A stretch of 64,000 bases of DNA, taken from Amoeboaphelidium protococcarum X5. Taxonomy: Eukaryota; Fungi; Aphelidiomycota. A program made the translations under genes and the position numbers. The notes under the pieces are model-generated. The model was given only the letters and a program-made list of their open reading frames with translations, searched no databases and was not told where the DNA came from. Position 1 is the first letter of the stretch. Each line of letters begins with the position of its first letter. Of the stretch, positions 42,609 to 55,401 are shown one piece after another. The stretch is from positions 1 to 64,000 of the forward strand of contig JALDTO010000155.1 of the NCBI GenBank assembly GCA_023515725.1, given 5' to 3'.

Positions 42609-44327
42609 ATGGACAATGATTAACTGTATGGGGATGTGGTATAGCTGAGGACTGGACAGTTGACTAACAAAGATCAGAATTGGCTAAGTCGATTAGGCAA
42701 AGATTTACTGCGTCGCAAGTCTGTGAGTGCCATCCTGCAAGCGTCGGAGAATTCACATCAGCAGCTGGCTAGAACTCTTACCGCATGGGATTTAATTTTG
42801 ATTGGTATTGGAGGAACCATCGGAACTGGCCTATTTGTACTTACTGGATTAGCTGCATCACAGTTCAGTGGACCTGCAGTGGTATTATCATACATTATCG
42901 CTGGATGTGTGGCATCTCTTGCGGCTCTTTGTTACAGCGAGCTTGCCTCACTTATTCCTGTCAGTGGATCATGCTACTCATATACATATCATACGTTGGG
43001 TGAAGTTGTGGCATTTATCATCGGATGGGATCTGATATTAGAGTATTGTTTTGGTGCAGCGACTGTGGCAGTAGGCTGGTCCGGCTACATTGTATCATTC
43101 TTCCAGGATGCTTTCAATATTCAAGTAGATTAATCGTGGGTCCAACCTCCAATTAAAGTGGATCCTGCGACTGGATCTCTGGTGTCTTCTGGTGCAATAT
43201 TGAACATACCGGCGATGGTATCTGTCGTTGCTGCATCCACATTGCTTGTAATCGGAATCAAAGAGTCTGCTAGAGTAAATGCCATCGCGGTAGCCCTCAA
43301 ATTGTTTGTAATATTCATCTTTCTTGCTGCTGCTATACCACACATTAGTAAGGACAATTTATCGCCATTCATACCTCCAAATGAAGGATAGTTTGGTAAG
43401 TTTGGTGTCAGTGGTGTATTCCAAGGCGCTACTCTGGTATTCTTTGCATATATCGGGTTCGATGCAGTGTCCACAACATCTTAAGAGTGCAAGAACCCAC
43501 AGCGGGATCTTCCTATCGGAATTATGGTATCGCTACTTGTTTGCACCACAGTTTACGTGCTTGTCAGCTTCGTGTTGACTGGAGTTGCCAGTTATACCCT
43601 TCTGAATGTACCTCATCCAATGGCTGTTGCTATCGATTAGATTGGTATTAAATGGCTCGCCGCCATCATTGAATTTGGAGCAGTTTGTGGATTGAGTTCT
43701 GTGCTGATAGTGGAGCTCTTGGGATAGTCTAGAGTATTTTATGCAATGGCCAATGATGGTTTAATGCCGGCAATATTTTCTCACATCCACCCTCGATTCT
43801 AGACACCGTACAAGACCACGATATGTGTGGGTCTCGTTTGTACGCTGCTTAGTGGACTATTTCCTATAAACGTACTGGGGGAGTTGACTTCTGTCGGCAC
43901 TCTGTTCGCCTTCCTTCTCGTGTGCGTTGGCGTTAGCATACTACGTGTGAAATAGCCAAATCTTCCGAGAAAGTTTAAAGTTCCCGGTGGCCCTTACCTG
44001 GTGCCGATGCTTGGTGCTTCATCATGTGTAATGCTTCTTATCGCAGCGAATCACAATTCTTTAATACGGTTCGTAATATGGCTAGGTGTCGGATTATTAT
44101 ACTATGCATTATTTGGTTATGGATAATCAAAACTTAGACGTTAAGTGGATAATATATCTGGTGATCATGTCAGAAAGTCTTCTGAGATTGTGGATCACTC
44201 TGGATCTGGTGATGACGACATTGAAGCAATCGCTATGAGCAATAACGTGTCACAGTCTACTAGCGATGAAAATTTGGTCCATCATCATCCGAGGCCTTAC
44301 TAGCCTTCTCATGAGTACGATTTGTGA
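42609..44327 (+). CDS. APC-family amino-acid permease (CAT/YfnA-like), 572 aa
   Basis: GIGGTIGTGLFVLTG, ALCYSELAS.IPVSGS.Y, FIIGWDLILEY, FFAYIGFDAVST.SQE.KNPQRDLPIGI and multiple TM segments. Confidence 0.93.
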
Positions 44328-44853
44328 CTGAAAGCTATTTTCATAATGATGCGATAATAAATTATAAGTTGGTTTAATTTTGTAAAAAATAAAGTAAACA
44401 ATTCACATACTGTTTACATATTCGTGACACTCAAAAGATACGACTTGTCCGCAAACAATTAGTGTGATCGGATCAACATGCGAACAGATTGTCCTCATCG
44501 CTTCATTTCGACAATTCTCGAGATATTTCGTTCAAACCATTTTCAGTCTAGAGCGCATAGTCTATCTTGTATCCCACACGAATTATTTTCTTTTGAATAG
44601 AGTTTATTGCTAAACGCACAATACTTCTCAACTGCAGTAAACAATTCTCTCTGTTTCACAGATTTGAAATTGTAAAACGATGACTGTCTGATTCATAACA
44701 TCTGATGTCACACGTATTCGTCATTGATGTGACGTACCTTTCTACATCGTGTCTGCCGGCTCTTTTTCCCTTAATACCATAACAGCTAGAATTGTAGTGT
44801 TTTCCCCATCAAGATCAGTAGTATACATCTATCCTAGTTCGTTAAAATTAAGA

Positions 44854-45096
44854 ATGTCTGAAAAGTAAAGTGGTTAAAATCAGTTTGAAGAAGGCGATCA
44901 AGTTCAGTGGAAATGGGGTCGTGGTAAGGTGCACGGTGAAGTTTAAGAGAAGGTTGAAGGCGAGAAGACTATCAAGAGTAAAGGCCATGATATCACGCGC
45001 AAAGGAGACTCTGACAATCCTGCCTATGTCCTCTCCAATAACCGCTCCAAAAATCCAGTGATCAAGAAGGGATCTGAGTTGCAACCTGAAGAATGA
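44854..45096 (+). CDS. HVA1 / DUF2945 Tudor-like small protein, 80 aa
   Basis: MSEKQSGQNQFEEGDQVQWKWGRGKVHGEVQEKVEGEKTIKSKGHDITRKGDSDNPAYVLSNNRSKNPVIKKGSELQPEE*. It fits the family pattern GD.V.W.WG.G...G.V...R.G...PAY...K..SEL and is invisible in the standard code. Confidence 0.82.
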
Positions 45097-45513
45097 GTAT
45101 CATGAAAATGGTTAAATATTGACGGATAATTTTAATCTTGTTTCAGGAATTTTAAATGCGGTACTATAAAGTAAAATGCTTTTGTTGTGAGCCTTTTGAT
45201 CCAAACGCGTCACTACTGCAGCTAGATAAACCACCCCGGAATCACAAGTTATAAGTAAGCTATTAATCTTTCGATTCAACAGCAGCAAGTATGATGTAAT
45301 TCAAACAACTTCTATCTGGTATTTCTAAAACAAAAACAATATTGAGATCGACGACACATTTGGAGGACAGACAGACTCGCTTAGAACCATCTTGGGAACG
45401 ATCTCTATTATCGAACTCAAACATTTCTAGTTTCATCGCCATTTCCAGAACTTTTCCGCCAATCGTTCTTTACAGTATTTTTTCTCACATTTGTAAGTGT
45501 GGAAAGATTTAAA

Positions 45514-46773
45514 ATGTTCTGGTCTGACTGGATTAAGAAGGCAAGTAGAGGTCCCAATGGAAATTATTAAATCTTTGTCCTCTTTCTCATTGCATTTCCT
45601 CATATTACTAGCTAGTTTTATATCGTTCCATTCCTTCGCTCTCATGCAAAGTCGTATTATGTGCTTTATGGATGGCCTGTATTGTTCAATTTGGGATGTC
45701 TAATGATTTATCTTTGTTATTACTTGGCATGCTCTACAGATCCTGGCTCAGTGCCCAAGGATTGGTCTCCAATTACTAAGAATGTTAGCGCGAATGATAG
45801 CTAGAGTAAACAAGATAATGATCAGGATAATGATGATGATGTTGCATTATAACATCTCGTTAATCAGAAATAATAATAAGATTAGATCAAAGACCGATAT
45901 TGTCATCGATGTCGCAATTATAAGCCTCCCAGAGCACACCATTGTTCAACATGCCGCCGCTGTGTTCTCAAAATGGACCATGACTGTGTGTGGATTAACA
46001 ATTGTGTTGGATTCCACAATTAGGCTCATTTCTATCGATTTCTTGTATACGTTGTAGTTACTTGTTCTTTCTTATGGTGGAGCATCATGTACTGGTTCTA
46101 TGATCAGCTGAATGAATACGCCAAAGTTGCTCATTTAGTTCGAAGTGGTGTGCGAGAGAATCCTGTCAATATGGTGTCTCTATTCCTGGCCTGTATCGAC
46201 ATTTTTATGATCAGTCTGGTTCTACTGATGGTGGGAATGCTGTGGATATATCAGACTTGGTATATATGTACGAATACTACCACACTGGAGACTTTTGAGA
46301 AGGATCGAGTGGGGAACTTGGTTTAACGCAAGAAGATTCCACACTATCATTTCCCATATAATGTGGGATTGATTGAGAATATCAGGCAAGTTCTTGGTGA
46401 TAATACTCTACTATGGTTTTATCCATTTCAAGGAGTCAATAGAAAGTATGACGGCCTCTCATTTCCGATTATCATTAATAAAGAGCGTAGATGGGATTCG
46501 GATGGCTCACACTGGCCACCAGCTGAATATCGGGAATATTATCCATCCGCTGCGTATGATGATGAATACGATTCTGATGATGGAGAGTTGATAATCAGTG
46601 ACACTGACAATAAGAGCATACTAAATAGTGGTACTGTTGTAGGTGGATATGAAAGTCCGTCACAGCAAATACAGATTGGTAATCCACGCGTTAGACGAGG
46701 AAGTGAAGGTTATGAAATTAGATTGATATCTCATGAAGAGCGCGAGTATATGGTTAATCATGAATTATCATGA
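45514..46773 (+). CDS. PFA4: DHHC-family palmitoyltransferase, Pfa4-like, with DHDC motif, 419 aa
   Basis: [62 protein letters not shown], and the Pfa4-type [11 protein letters not shown]. Confidence 0.88.
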
Positions 46774-46862
46774 ACTGATCACTGCATTGTGTAAAAAAGT
46801 TTTGAAAGTTATTTGAATAGTGTATGCACATAGAGATAAGAGGAGACTTTATTATTCAAAAT

Positions 46863-47576
46863 TCAAAGGGGATTATGATGAATCAAACTAGGATCAAAGC
46901 TTAATCTTGTAATAGAGTGATTAGAACACATCGAAGTCATCCTATAAATATGAGATTCTTGAAGCTACGTATTATTAAGTATACAAGCAAGACCAGAGCT
47001 GTGATTAATCCCAAATTGATTTATCCATTCAATTATGCTTGTGTGATTTATAATCGGAATTTCATGTACAAGTGAGCAGATTTGATTTTTGCTATCCTGG
47101 CGTTCCATGTACGCGTAGCATTGCTGTATTTTATCTTGTAACCGTTTGAGTAACTTGTCGTTCTCAAAAAGCCCCGTCTAATCTATCAGAGGCAGCTATA
47201 CAGTTGGTACCTTGACATATGACTGCAAATATTAAGTTTCATCAACTGTTTTGCATAATTGTTGAAGCGAGTCAATCAGCTACTACTACTAGTCAATTAT
47301 AGCATTCAACTTTGAGATCTCGCAATCAGTATTATCTCTGGACGACACTTACTCCTCCTTTTAAGAACTCTATACTTCTGAAGTTGACTAAAACTCCAAA
47401 CTAGAATTCAAGGCAATTTCAGTATTGACATATAGAGCGGATATTTCAGGTAAAGATGATCGGCGAGGAGGAATATCATACAACTACTGCGACTATCTAC
47501 GTTCTCTCTTAACATCACCAGATCTCTTGCGACAGGTCGGATCTAGAATATGCTCCTTATCGATCAATACTCTCAT
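46863..47576 (-). CDS. Hypothetical protein, 237 aa
   Basis: Open from ATG 47576 to TGA 46863 under TAR=Gln, includes an in-frame (TAG)4 and fills an otherwise empty gap. No family recognised. Confidence 0.55.
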
Positions 47577-47895
47577 ACTACAAAAATTCACTGGTTCTAT
47601 GTTTTACAACGAGGCTAAGCAGCGAGACTACAATTTTTTAATCTGAAAAATCTATTCGCTTTAAATATACAGCTTGTAAATAAATCTATAAGGGCCGTGG
47701 TAACAACAACATGGCAACAAGGATGTGCGAGATCAAACAAATCAGGCTGATTGTAACGGCGTTTACTGAAAGCCACGCGGTTTAAAGGAAAAGAAGGTTT
47801 TGACGTTGAGGAAGCATCTTGACGCGTCTCTTTTATTCAAATCTGTAAAATTTATCATTATCGTCTCGTAGAATAATCAAGGGATAATCCGTAAT

Positions 47896-49800
47896 ATGAT
47901 ACTACGACTCTGTAGAACTAGACTTTATTCTATTAATTTGGAAAGGAACAAGATTTATCGATTTACTGTTTAGATATCTGAGGATTAGGCGCGTTAGATT
48001 CATGCAGATGCTCTAAATAAGCATACTATCTTTAAATTTGAACACTCTTAGCCCAATATCACGCTGAAATACATCCCATACATTTATACACGCGTCTAGT
48101 TCACCTCTAATATGAATGGTATACTTCTCTGGGATTCGAAAGTGGACATCCCACCTTATATGTTGCTTATGAAGAATACCAAAGAAGAAACGCTGGTAAG
48201 ATATAGTTTCCAACGGATGTTCAACTTTCCGATCCTGATAATATCTGATGGTAGCTCCGTTCGCCGTAAACTTAATGACGTTGATGATATGCTCGCTATG
48301 ATATAAATTGCGTAGCAGGCTGGTGGTACTATTCCTTTGCAAGCGATGGATTTGAATGATGATAACGGGGATAATAGGAGTGAAAGCTCAGATTAATTGA
48401 ACTGCTACTACAATTTCAGGGAGAGTCACTATGATACGAGTATTCTATTGAGGCGCGCTCTGAATGACGTGACTGCCTAGAGGTATCGACGTGATGTAAT
48501 ATAATGGCTCGCAAGCATCAATGGCGTTAAAAAGATAAGGCATCTGCAGATGTCTAAAAAGTCTGACGGAACCGTGTCCTCAAATGACATCTTCATTCCG
48601 TATTACGAGTGCCGCTCATCTCTTGGTACCGTGTACATTAATGCCGTTACTGGCAAGGTGGCACATGGTCTTCAGTACATTCATAGTCATTCTCTGGTTG
48701 CATGTGTATACTTCAGTGCTCTGCTGTTGAATTAATACTTTAATTACGCGCGAGAACATGCCACTTCATTTTGGGACGAGTTAAGCTCATAAATGTAGTA
48801 TTAGTTTCTATTTGAAGAGCTGGATGTGAAAAGTTTATTGATAAAGGCAGCGTGCTCTATTGCGTTATCGCGACTTCCTAAAATATACGATTATGCTGTC
48901 CACTTGCATGATATCAATATATATAAGTCATCCGGTGAGTATTAATTATCTGGTAAAGAGTTGAGTTAGCTGCCATAATTCAATAGGAAGCATCTTTTAG
49001 CATTGTTAAAAGATCATTTGGATTAAGAGAAAGTTAGTGTGGAGCATATTATTGTTGGACAGGACTTTAGCTAATCACAGCTGCGAATTCTGTTCGATGA
49101 GAGTTCGAGCTCTCCACAAGTTCAAAGTTAGACCACCTAACGCATTGTAACTAAGAGGGAGCCTACTAACGAGAATCCTGAAGAAGAAGATGGGTGGGAG
49201 TCTGATATAGAAAAAATCATGGAAGAACCATCTTCCTTGCTAAAAGGGCTAAAGCGATTATCATTTAAATCATCATCTTCGACAAAGGACAGTGAAAAAG
49301 CATAATCTGGTGGTGATAAAGTTAAAGAAGACATACAGGCAAAAGCTTTTAAGAGACCAGCACCGTCAAGTAAATACAAGAGAAGACCCAGATTATTCAC
49401 TAAGGACAATTTCATCATTGATGAATCTCTGCTGTATCGGAATGCTCTGATGAAAAGGTAGTAATCAGCGACTCTGCACGATACTATTAATATCGAGAAA
49501 TCTCGGCAAGAGGTGGAGTATAAATTGGTACATCGAGACTCTCGTTAGCTATATGAATGTCTAGATCTCTCTGGCAAAGAGTTCAGTTCTTAGCAAAGTG
49601 ATATTTAGGCGCAATTTAATACTCTTGCCCACCAGTACCATCCTGACAAGCATTTTGATGCTCCGGAAGCCGTAAGGGATATGTACACTGAGAAATTCAT
49701 GAAGTTAAAGAAGGCCTATGAAATCCTGAAAGACCCTGTCAAGAAGAGATAATATGATGACGAATGTATTTAGAAAATAAGAGTATCTCAGAATTTATGA
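47896..49800 (+). CDS. Protein with C-terminal DnaJ domain, probably mitochondrial, 634 aa
   Basis: Presequence-like start MILRLCRTRLYS; C-terminal J domain LYECL...AQFNTLAHQYHPDK...FMKLKKAYEILKDPVKKRQYD. Confidence 0.8.
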
Positions 49801-49888
49801 ATAGAGTATTTAATTAATTCATACTAAATGGTATTCATCTTGAATTCCTGTTTAATAGACGTATAACTGTAATATAAAGCCTAAACAA

Positions 49889-51059
49889 TCACGCGTCTGG
49901 ATCCTCACATGGACTCAGTTATATGAATGGAGAATTCTTATCGTGTGATAGCTGATAGTACTGAATATGCTCACCATCATCATCAACAGTATCATGCTCT
50001 ATATTATCTTGAATGAATTTCAAAACCTTGGCCAGAAAGTCCAAGTGCACCATGGGATCCCAGTAGCCTTTATGTCGAACTATACGCGGAATTTTCAGCG
50101 TCTCAAATTCAGTCACGCTCTCTATACGGCCATTCTCATCTCTGAACCCGACACAAACTACATTAATAACATTCCTCATAATCTGCATATCTTGAAATGT
50201 ACAACTTACTTCTTTTGGTGGCAACTAGGAATGACTAAAAGTAAAATTTTGGCAATTTAAATCGCTCAAAACTGGCTTGATGCCGTGCATTACGAATCAC
50301 TTTGGATGTCTTCAATTCTACAAATTGTTCAAGTCTATCAGTATTCTATGTTGACACATCTTGCTATTGAATAGAACTTAATCTGGATTCATCAATGCAA
50401 TCAGCTTCAGCTCCGATTAGTACTGAATGGGATCCAATCTTGAGTTTGAGCACAAGTCCATACTAGACGTGAGTATCAATAGTATCATTGTCCCGTCGAG
50501 TAATCTCATCACTAAGATCCGGGGATAGTGTATGACCAAGTGGTGCCGTGTTCATCGCCTCAAACTTGTAACCGTGATAGGTGAGCAACTTGTGCACATC
50601 CGTCAACTCTTCAAACACGGTCCACTTTGGAGATGACTGAATATAAATCACACCATTCACTTTATAGACTTTAAACTTCCATTCCTCTGTCTGAAAATGT
50701 GGATTCTACTGTCTAGAACTATCGCAGGTCAGCATCAGACGCGTCAGTATCCCTCGCCAAGTAACAAAGTCTTCCGTAATATCGTACTTGATGAAATCCA
50801 ATGTTTACAGTATTGCGTCCAACCCCTCATTAATCGTCTAATCACGTTCTATATACTTCTCGGGATAGCCATTACTCAGATTGATCATCTACAGTGCCTC
50901 AGGTGTACACATCGGACTGTACTGTCTCAGAGATTCATTACTCATCGGTTTCACCACTCGATCAGGGCCAATGCTCAAATAGCCAACCTCTTAAGGCTTT
51001 GCGAACGGAACATTTCCAGGTCTAAGATTTGTATTAGCTTTAATGTCAAACTACTTCAT
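49889..51059 (-). CDS. RAI1: Decapping nuclease Rai1/DXO, join(50210..51059, 49889..50157)
   Basis: FVTWRG, YHGYKFE, GAEADC, FVELKT, YFQSFL, ICVGFRDENG; one 52-nt intron. Confidence 0.9.
50158..50209 (-). other. Spliceosomal intron (52 nt) in RAI1/DXO
   Basis: GTAAGT...TAATGTAG; removal restores KRICVGFRD and explains the frame change. Confidence 0.88.
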
Positions 51060-51409
51060 ACTCTTTATCGCTAAGTGACTTTTCTATGTTTAATGTAGAT
51101 TGAATTTAAATAATCAACACTTTTTAGCAGTCCTCAATATACAGTAATTCAGAGCTTGATTAATTGAACGCGCTGTCTATATTTTCCCCGACTGGATCTC
51201 TGAAAGGCGCTTTGTATTATAGCACCCACCGTCTTTCCAATGACTATGAATTTCTCTCCACATAACATCAGCGTTGTCTTTCCCTTTGCTTCGTCGCTCC
51301 TCAGGCCTCTCTTCCTTTGTCGTTTCAATACGCGTTTTATCTGTAAAACAGTCAGCATAAGGAATCCTATACAGTGACACTGCTTAGTTGTGTTAATTCA
51401 AAGTCAACA

Positions 51410-52998
51410 ATGAGTCGAGAAATTATATCATTGCAAGTGGGACAATGCGGCAATTAGAGTAAGATTATAGTTTATAGTGTTTTATGCCTTAACATTAATG
51501 AAATGAATACCGTCTTGTGTAGTTGGAATGGAGTTTTGGGCTCAGTTGTGCGCGGAACATGGTCTCGCACCGGATGGTTTGCCTCTCACCTCTTCTGATT
51601 AGTAGTAGTAGTCTTCTTCTCCCCCTCTGATGGATCGTAAAGATATTTTCTTTTACCAAGCTGAAGATGGTCACTATATTCCTCGCTCGATTCTCGTAGA
51701 TTTAGAGCCACGAGTAAGATTTTTACCTTCATAGCATTTATATTGAGAGTGATTGATCTAGCATCAATATCCGAATGTAGGTGATCAATAATATAATGTA
51801 ATCGCCGTATGGCCTTCTTCACAATCCGGAAAATGTTTACTAAAGCTAGGATGGAAGTGGCGCGGGTAATAATTGGGCTAGCGGGTATCAGAGTGGTGGA
51901 CGACTGAGTGAGGACTTGTTTGACATTCTAGATCGTGAGGCTGATAATGCTGAATCTCTTGAAGGATTCAATCTTATGCATAGTATTGCCGGCGGTACAG
52001 GTAGTGGACTGGGATCGTATCTGCTGGAAATGTTGTCAGATAGATTCCCAAAGAAGTTGATACAAACATATTCTGTATTTCCCAGTCATACTGAGGCTGT
52101 GTCTGATGTAGTAGTTCAGCCGTATAACTCTGTACTATCTCTAAAGAGACTGACTGAGAATGCTGACATGGTCACTGTCTTGGACAATGCTGCTCTAAAT
52201 AGACTAGCTCAGGACTAGTTGCATATTAAGAATGCATCTTTTGCTCAAATCAATCGAATGGTCTCCACGATAATGGCAACTTCTAGTATACAGATGCGGT
52301 TCCCATCTTACACTTACAATAGTATGATTGGCTTAATGTCATCCCTTGTTCCCATCAGAAAATGCCATTACATTACCTGTGCGTATTCCCCCTTTACTCA
52401 CAATGATTTGCGCGATTATGCTGCCAGTAGTAATGTGAATGCGGCGGCAAGTGAGAACTCTGCTAATGCTGTGAATAGAAGCAGATAATCGTTAATGAAG
52501 AAGGCTGGACTTTCTGATATTATGAGAAGACTGTTGTAAACCAAAAGTCGCGTCATTTCAGTAGAAAATACGCCATTAAATTGCTTTTTATCCGCAATGA
52601 CTTTAGTTTAAGGTGATGTTGGCGCGAAAGATGTTCATAAAGCTATTCTCAAGTTGAAGGAGAAGAATACGATGCAGTTTGCACCGTGGAAGCCATCATC
52701 CATGTAGATTAATGTGGCTAGACGTTCACCGTGTCTTGAAGATGGTGATCCTCAAAGTGGCCGTGTAAGTGGTCTAATGCTGGCCAATCACACCTCCGTC
52801 GCTCAACTCTTTAAAAGTACAATCGATCAGTATGATAGACTCAGGAAGAGGAACGCCTTCTTGGAATAGTATAGAAAACTGGACATGTTCAAAGATGGAC
52901 TGGAAGAGTTTGACGTATCCCGGGAATCACTGCTCGAAGTCACTGAAGAGTATCTGGCATGTGAACAAGCTGATTATCTATCAAAGATGAAAGTTTGA
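51410..52998 (+). CDS. TUBG1: Gamma-tubulin, join(51410..51458, 51523..51713, 51781..52998)
   Basis: [81 protein letters not shown]. Confidence 0.97.
51459..51522 (+). other. Gamma-tubulin intron 1 (64 nt)
   Basis: GTAAGA...TGTGTAG, phase 1 within GNQ-I-G. Confidence 0.92.
51714..51780 (+). other. Gamma-tubulin intron 2 (67 nt)
   Basis: GTAAGA...AATGTAG, joins DLEPR to VIN. Confidence 0.92.
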
Positions 52999-53376
52999 TA
53001 AGCATTGCATCCTCTTTGTAGCATTGACTTTTCTATAACGACAAGAATATTTCTTTTGCGATGATTTATTTTCTTTTACGCGCGTATAATTCTATTTTAT
53101 AAACTATTTTCTACTCTCTATAATCTTTGGCTTTAGATAGTCCACTCTGTAAAGGTTGAAACAAAGCGACGAAAGTTTCAGTTTAAGGCCCGCGCGTTTT
53201 AGATTTCGAAATTCCTCGTTTCGAATTCGAATGGGATTCTTTCTCTTCGGTGAGTTGACTTGAGTAACTTTATCTTTCTTTCTGTTTCACTTTTGAACTT
53301 AGGCGTTTCTTTGACTCTTTATCCATTTGACACTCTCTGTATAGTAGTATCTACTTATTATCTCTCTATATTTAAG

Positions 53377-55401
53377 ATGGAGTAGTAGGATAAGCAATCT
53401 TAATAATTGGCTCTCTAGTAGACTGAGCATTCTGTAATTTCCGAGGTTAATTTGACATCGAATCTACAAGTCACTGCCGAACCTCATCTGAGTGCATTGT
53501 CTAATACGGAAATGTCTTCAACTCAAAAGTCTGCTTATGATCAAAAATCTGATCGTATTAGTGCTGAGGATTTTAGTAGTAGAAGTAGTAGTAGTAAGAA
53601 TAGTGATGAGTTGAAAGACAAAGTCCATTTGTAGCTTCCCTCGGAGTTACCGTCTAATGCAGCAAGACGTAAATCGTATGATGATATTGGTATTAAAAAG
53701 CAATAACAACAACAACAACATAATGCTGTAACTTCCGTAACTGTAATTAGTGGCTCTCTTGAAAGTGGTTCAGCTCGGAGGAGTCCTCTTGTAAAATCAA
53801 CTAGTTCGAATATTCTCAGTGGCTCATCTCAACTATTCTCCATTGATGAGTAGTAATAATACGATGCTGGTGCTGGGAATAACGCACGTAATGCTGCGCC
53901 GACGTCTAGATCTAATGCTACAACAAAGTCACATAACATTAAGACTAGAGATAGATAGTAAAGTGTTAGTTCTGTGGCTGGCAATTTTATAAGTAATCTT
54001 CTAGATTTTAGGATGAAGAATTCCAAAGATGGTATCAAGTCCACGAATACGTCTGCTAATAAGTCCAACTTTCCTATTGATAACAAGAGTAGTAGAATTC
54101 AGAGTTAATCCAATACTATAGCCACAGACCGATCTACTCTATCTATTCAGGTGGCCGTTGATAAAGCATTGTCGATTGAAGTGGATTCTGATAGCCAAGA
54201 TTCGGCCGAGTAGTTGAAAGGTGAAGATAATGGGTAGAAATTTAAGGAATAGCAACAGCAGTAGCAATCGCCAGCATCTAAATATGACAACTAGTAGAGA
54301 AGGTAGTCAGTGCAAGACACAGGTATTCTCTTCAGGGACGGTAGTGGTAACTTTAATGGCGGTGGTGTTAGTAATAATCCGGGTGCAACAAAGATAAGTA
54401 CTATCTTTAGAGTTGCTTCATTTGTAAAACGCTCATCTAATTAATCATAATCTTCGCAGGATAAGTAGAAAGACTTGTCACTGACTGGTCAGAGTATAAA
54501 GAACAATGTGCTCTTCTAGCCCGGAAAAAGCTGGTTTGGTAATAGTAATAATAGCAATGGTGATGGCAAAAGTAAAAAGGTTGGCGGCTCCAAATAGCAA
54601 AAGAAGGGCAAGTAGTCTAAAAAGCAATAAAAGTCATAGAATGGCACCTTCGACTCTGATTCTGATGATTTATTTGTTGATTCTGACGAAGATTTCATTG
54701 AGGAGGAAGGTGGAGTTGGCGGTGCTAGTGGAAGATTTATGAGTAACATTGAAGATGATGATGATGATGATGACACTGATGGCGACGGTGTTATCAGTAG
54801 GACTAATAACCAGCTCCTTAATGTTGCAGATGATGGTTTGAATTTCAATCGCAGCTTTAGGAAAGTGCACGATATTCTCAAAGTAACTAATGCTTTCTAG
54901 TCGACCGCATCATCATCATCCACGGCTGGAACTGGTAAAGACAGGCGGAAATAGTCTTCTGGTATTCGTAAGGGACCTCACCTGGGGAGTGAAGATGAAT
55001 TGGCAAAGAAATCTGGACAACACTCAGAAGCAGAAAATAAGATGCTATTGGAGGAAGTCTATAAAGCTCTCAGTCTCCCTTTTGATCTAACAGAGATTGA
55101 AAAGTCTTTAGGCATACTTCACAATTCGGGTAATGGTCATCATCATCATCATTAGTCGCAGTCTTAACTGCAGAACGACCAGCCTCAGAATGTAAGTTCA
55201 TAGAGCGAACGCAATTAGTAGCATTAGCAATAATATCATTTGCCACAGTCTCAGTCCAATGGAAGTAATCATTTGAATATCTCAGATTCTGTAAATTACT
55301 TTACAGGTGATGTCGAATCTTATATTCCATTGGGCAAGTTTAGACGTGGCTACCTCCCGCCGCCAAAAGTAAAAGCTGAATTGCCATACCTTCGCTCTTG
55401 A
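53377..55401 (+). CDS. Hypothetical low-complexity (S/Q/N/D-rich) protein, 674 aa
   Basis: Frame runs from ATG 53377 (MEQQDKQSQQ) to TGA 55399 under TAR=Gln, with mixed CAA/TAA polyQ. No domain recognised. Confidence 0.7.

Noticed and set aside
50697-51074. 125-aa plus-strand ORF
   Set aside because: Antisense to the conserved RAI1/DXO coding region.
51149-51380. Two small minus-strand ORFs between RAI1 and gamma-tubulin
   Set aside because: They lie in a 350-nt divergent promoter, have no recognisable motif, and would leave almost no room for promoters.
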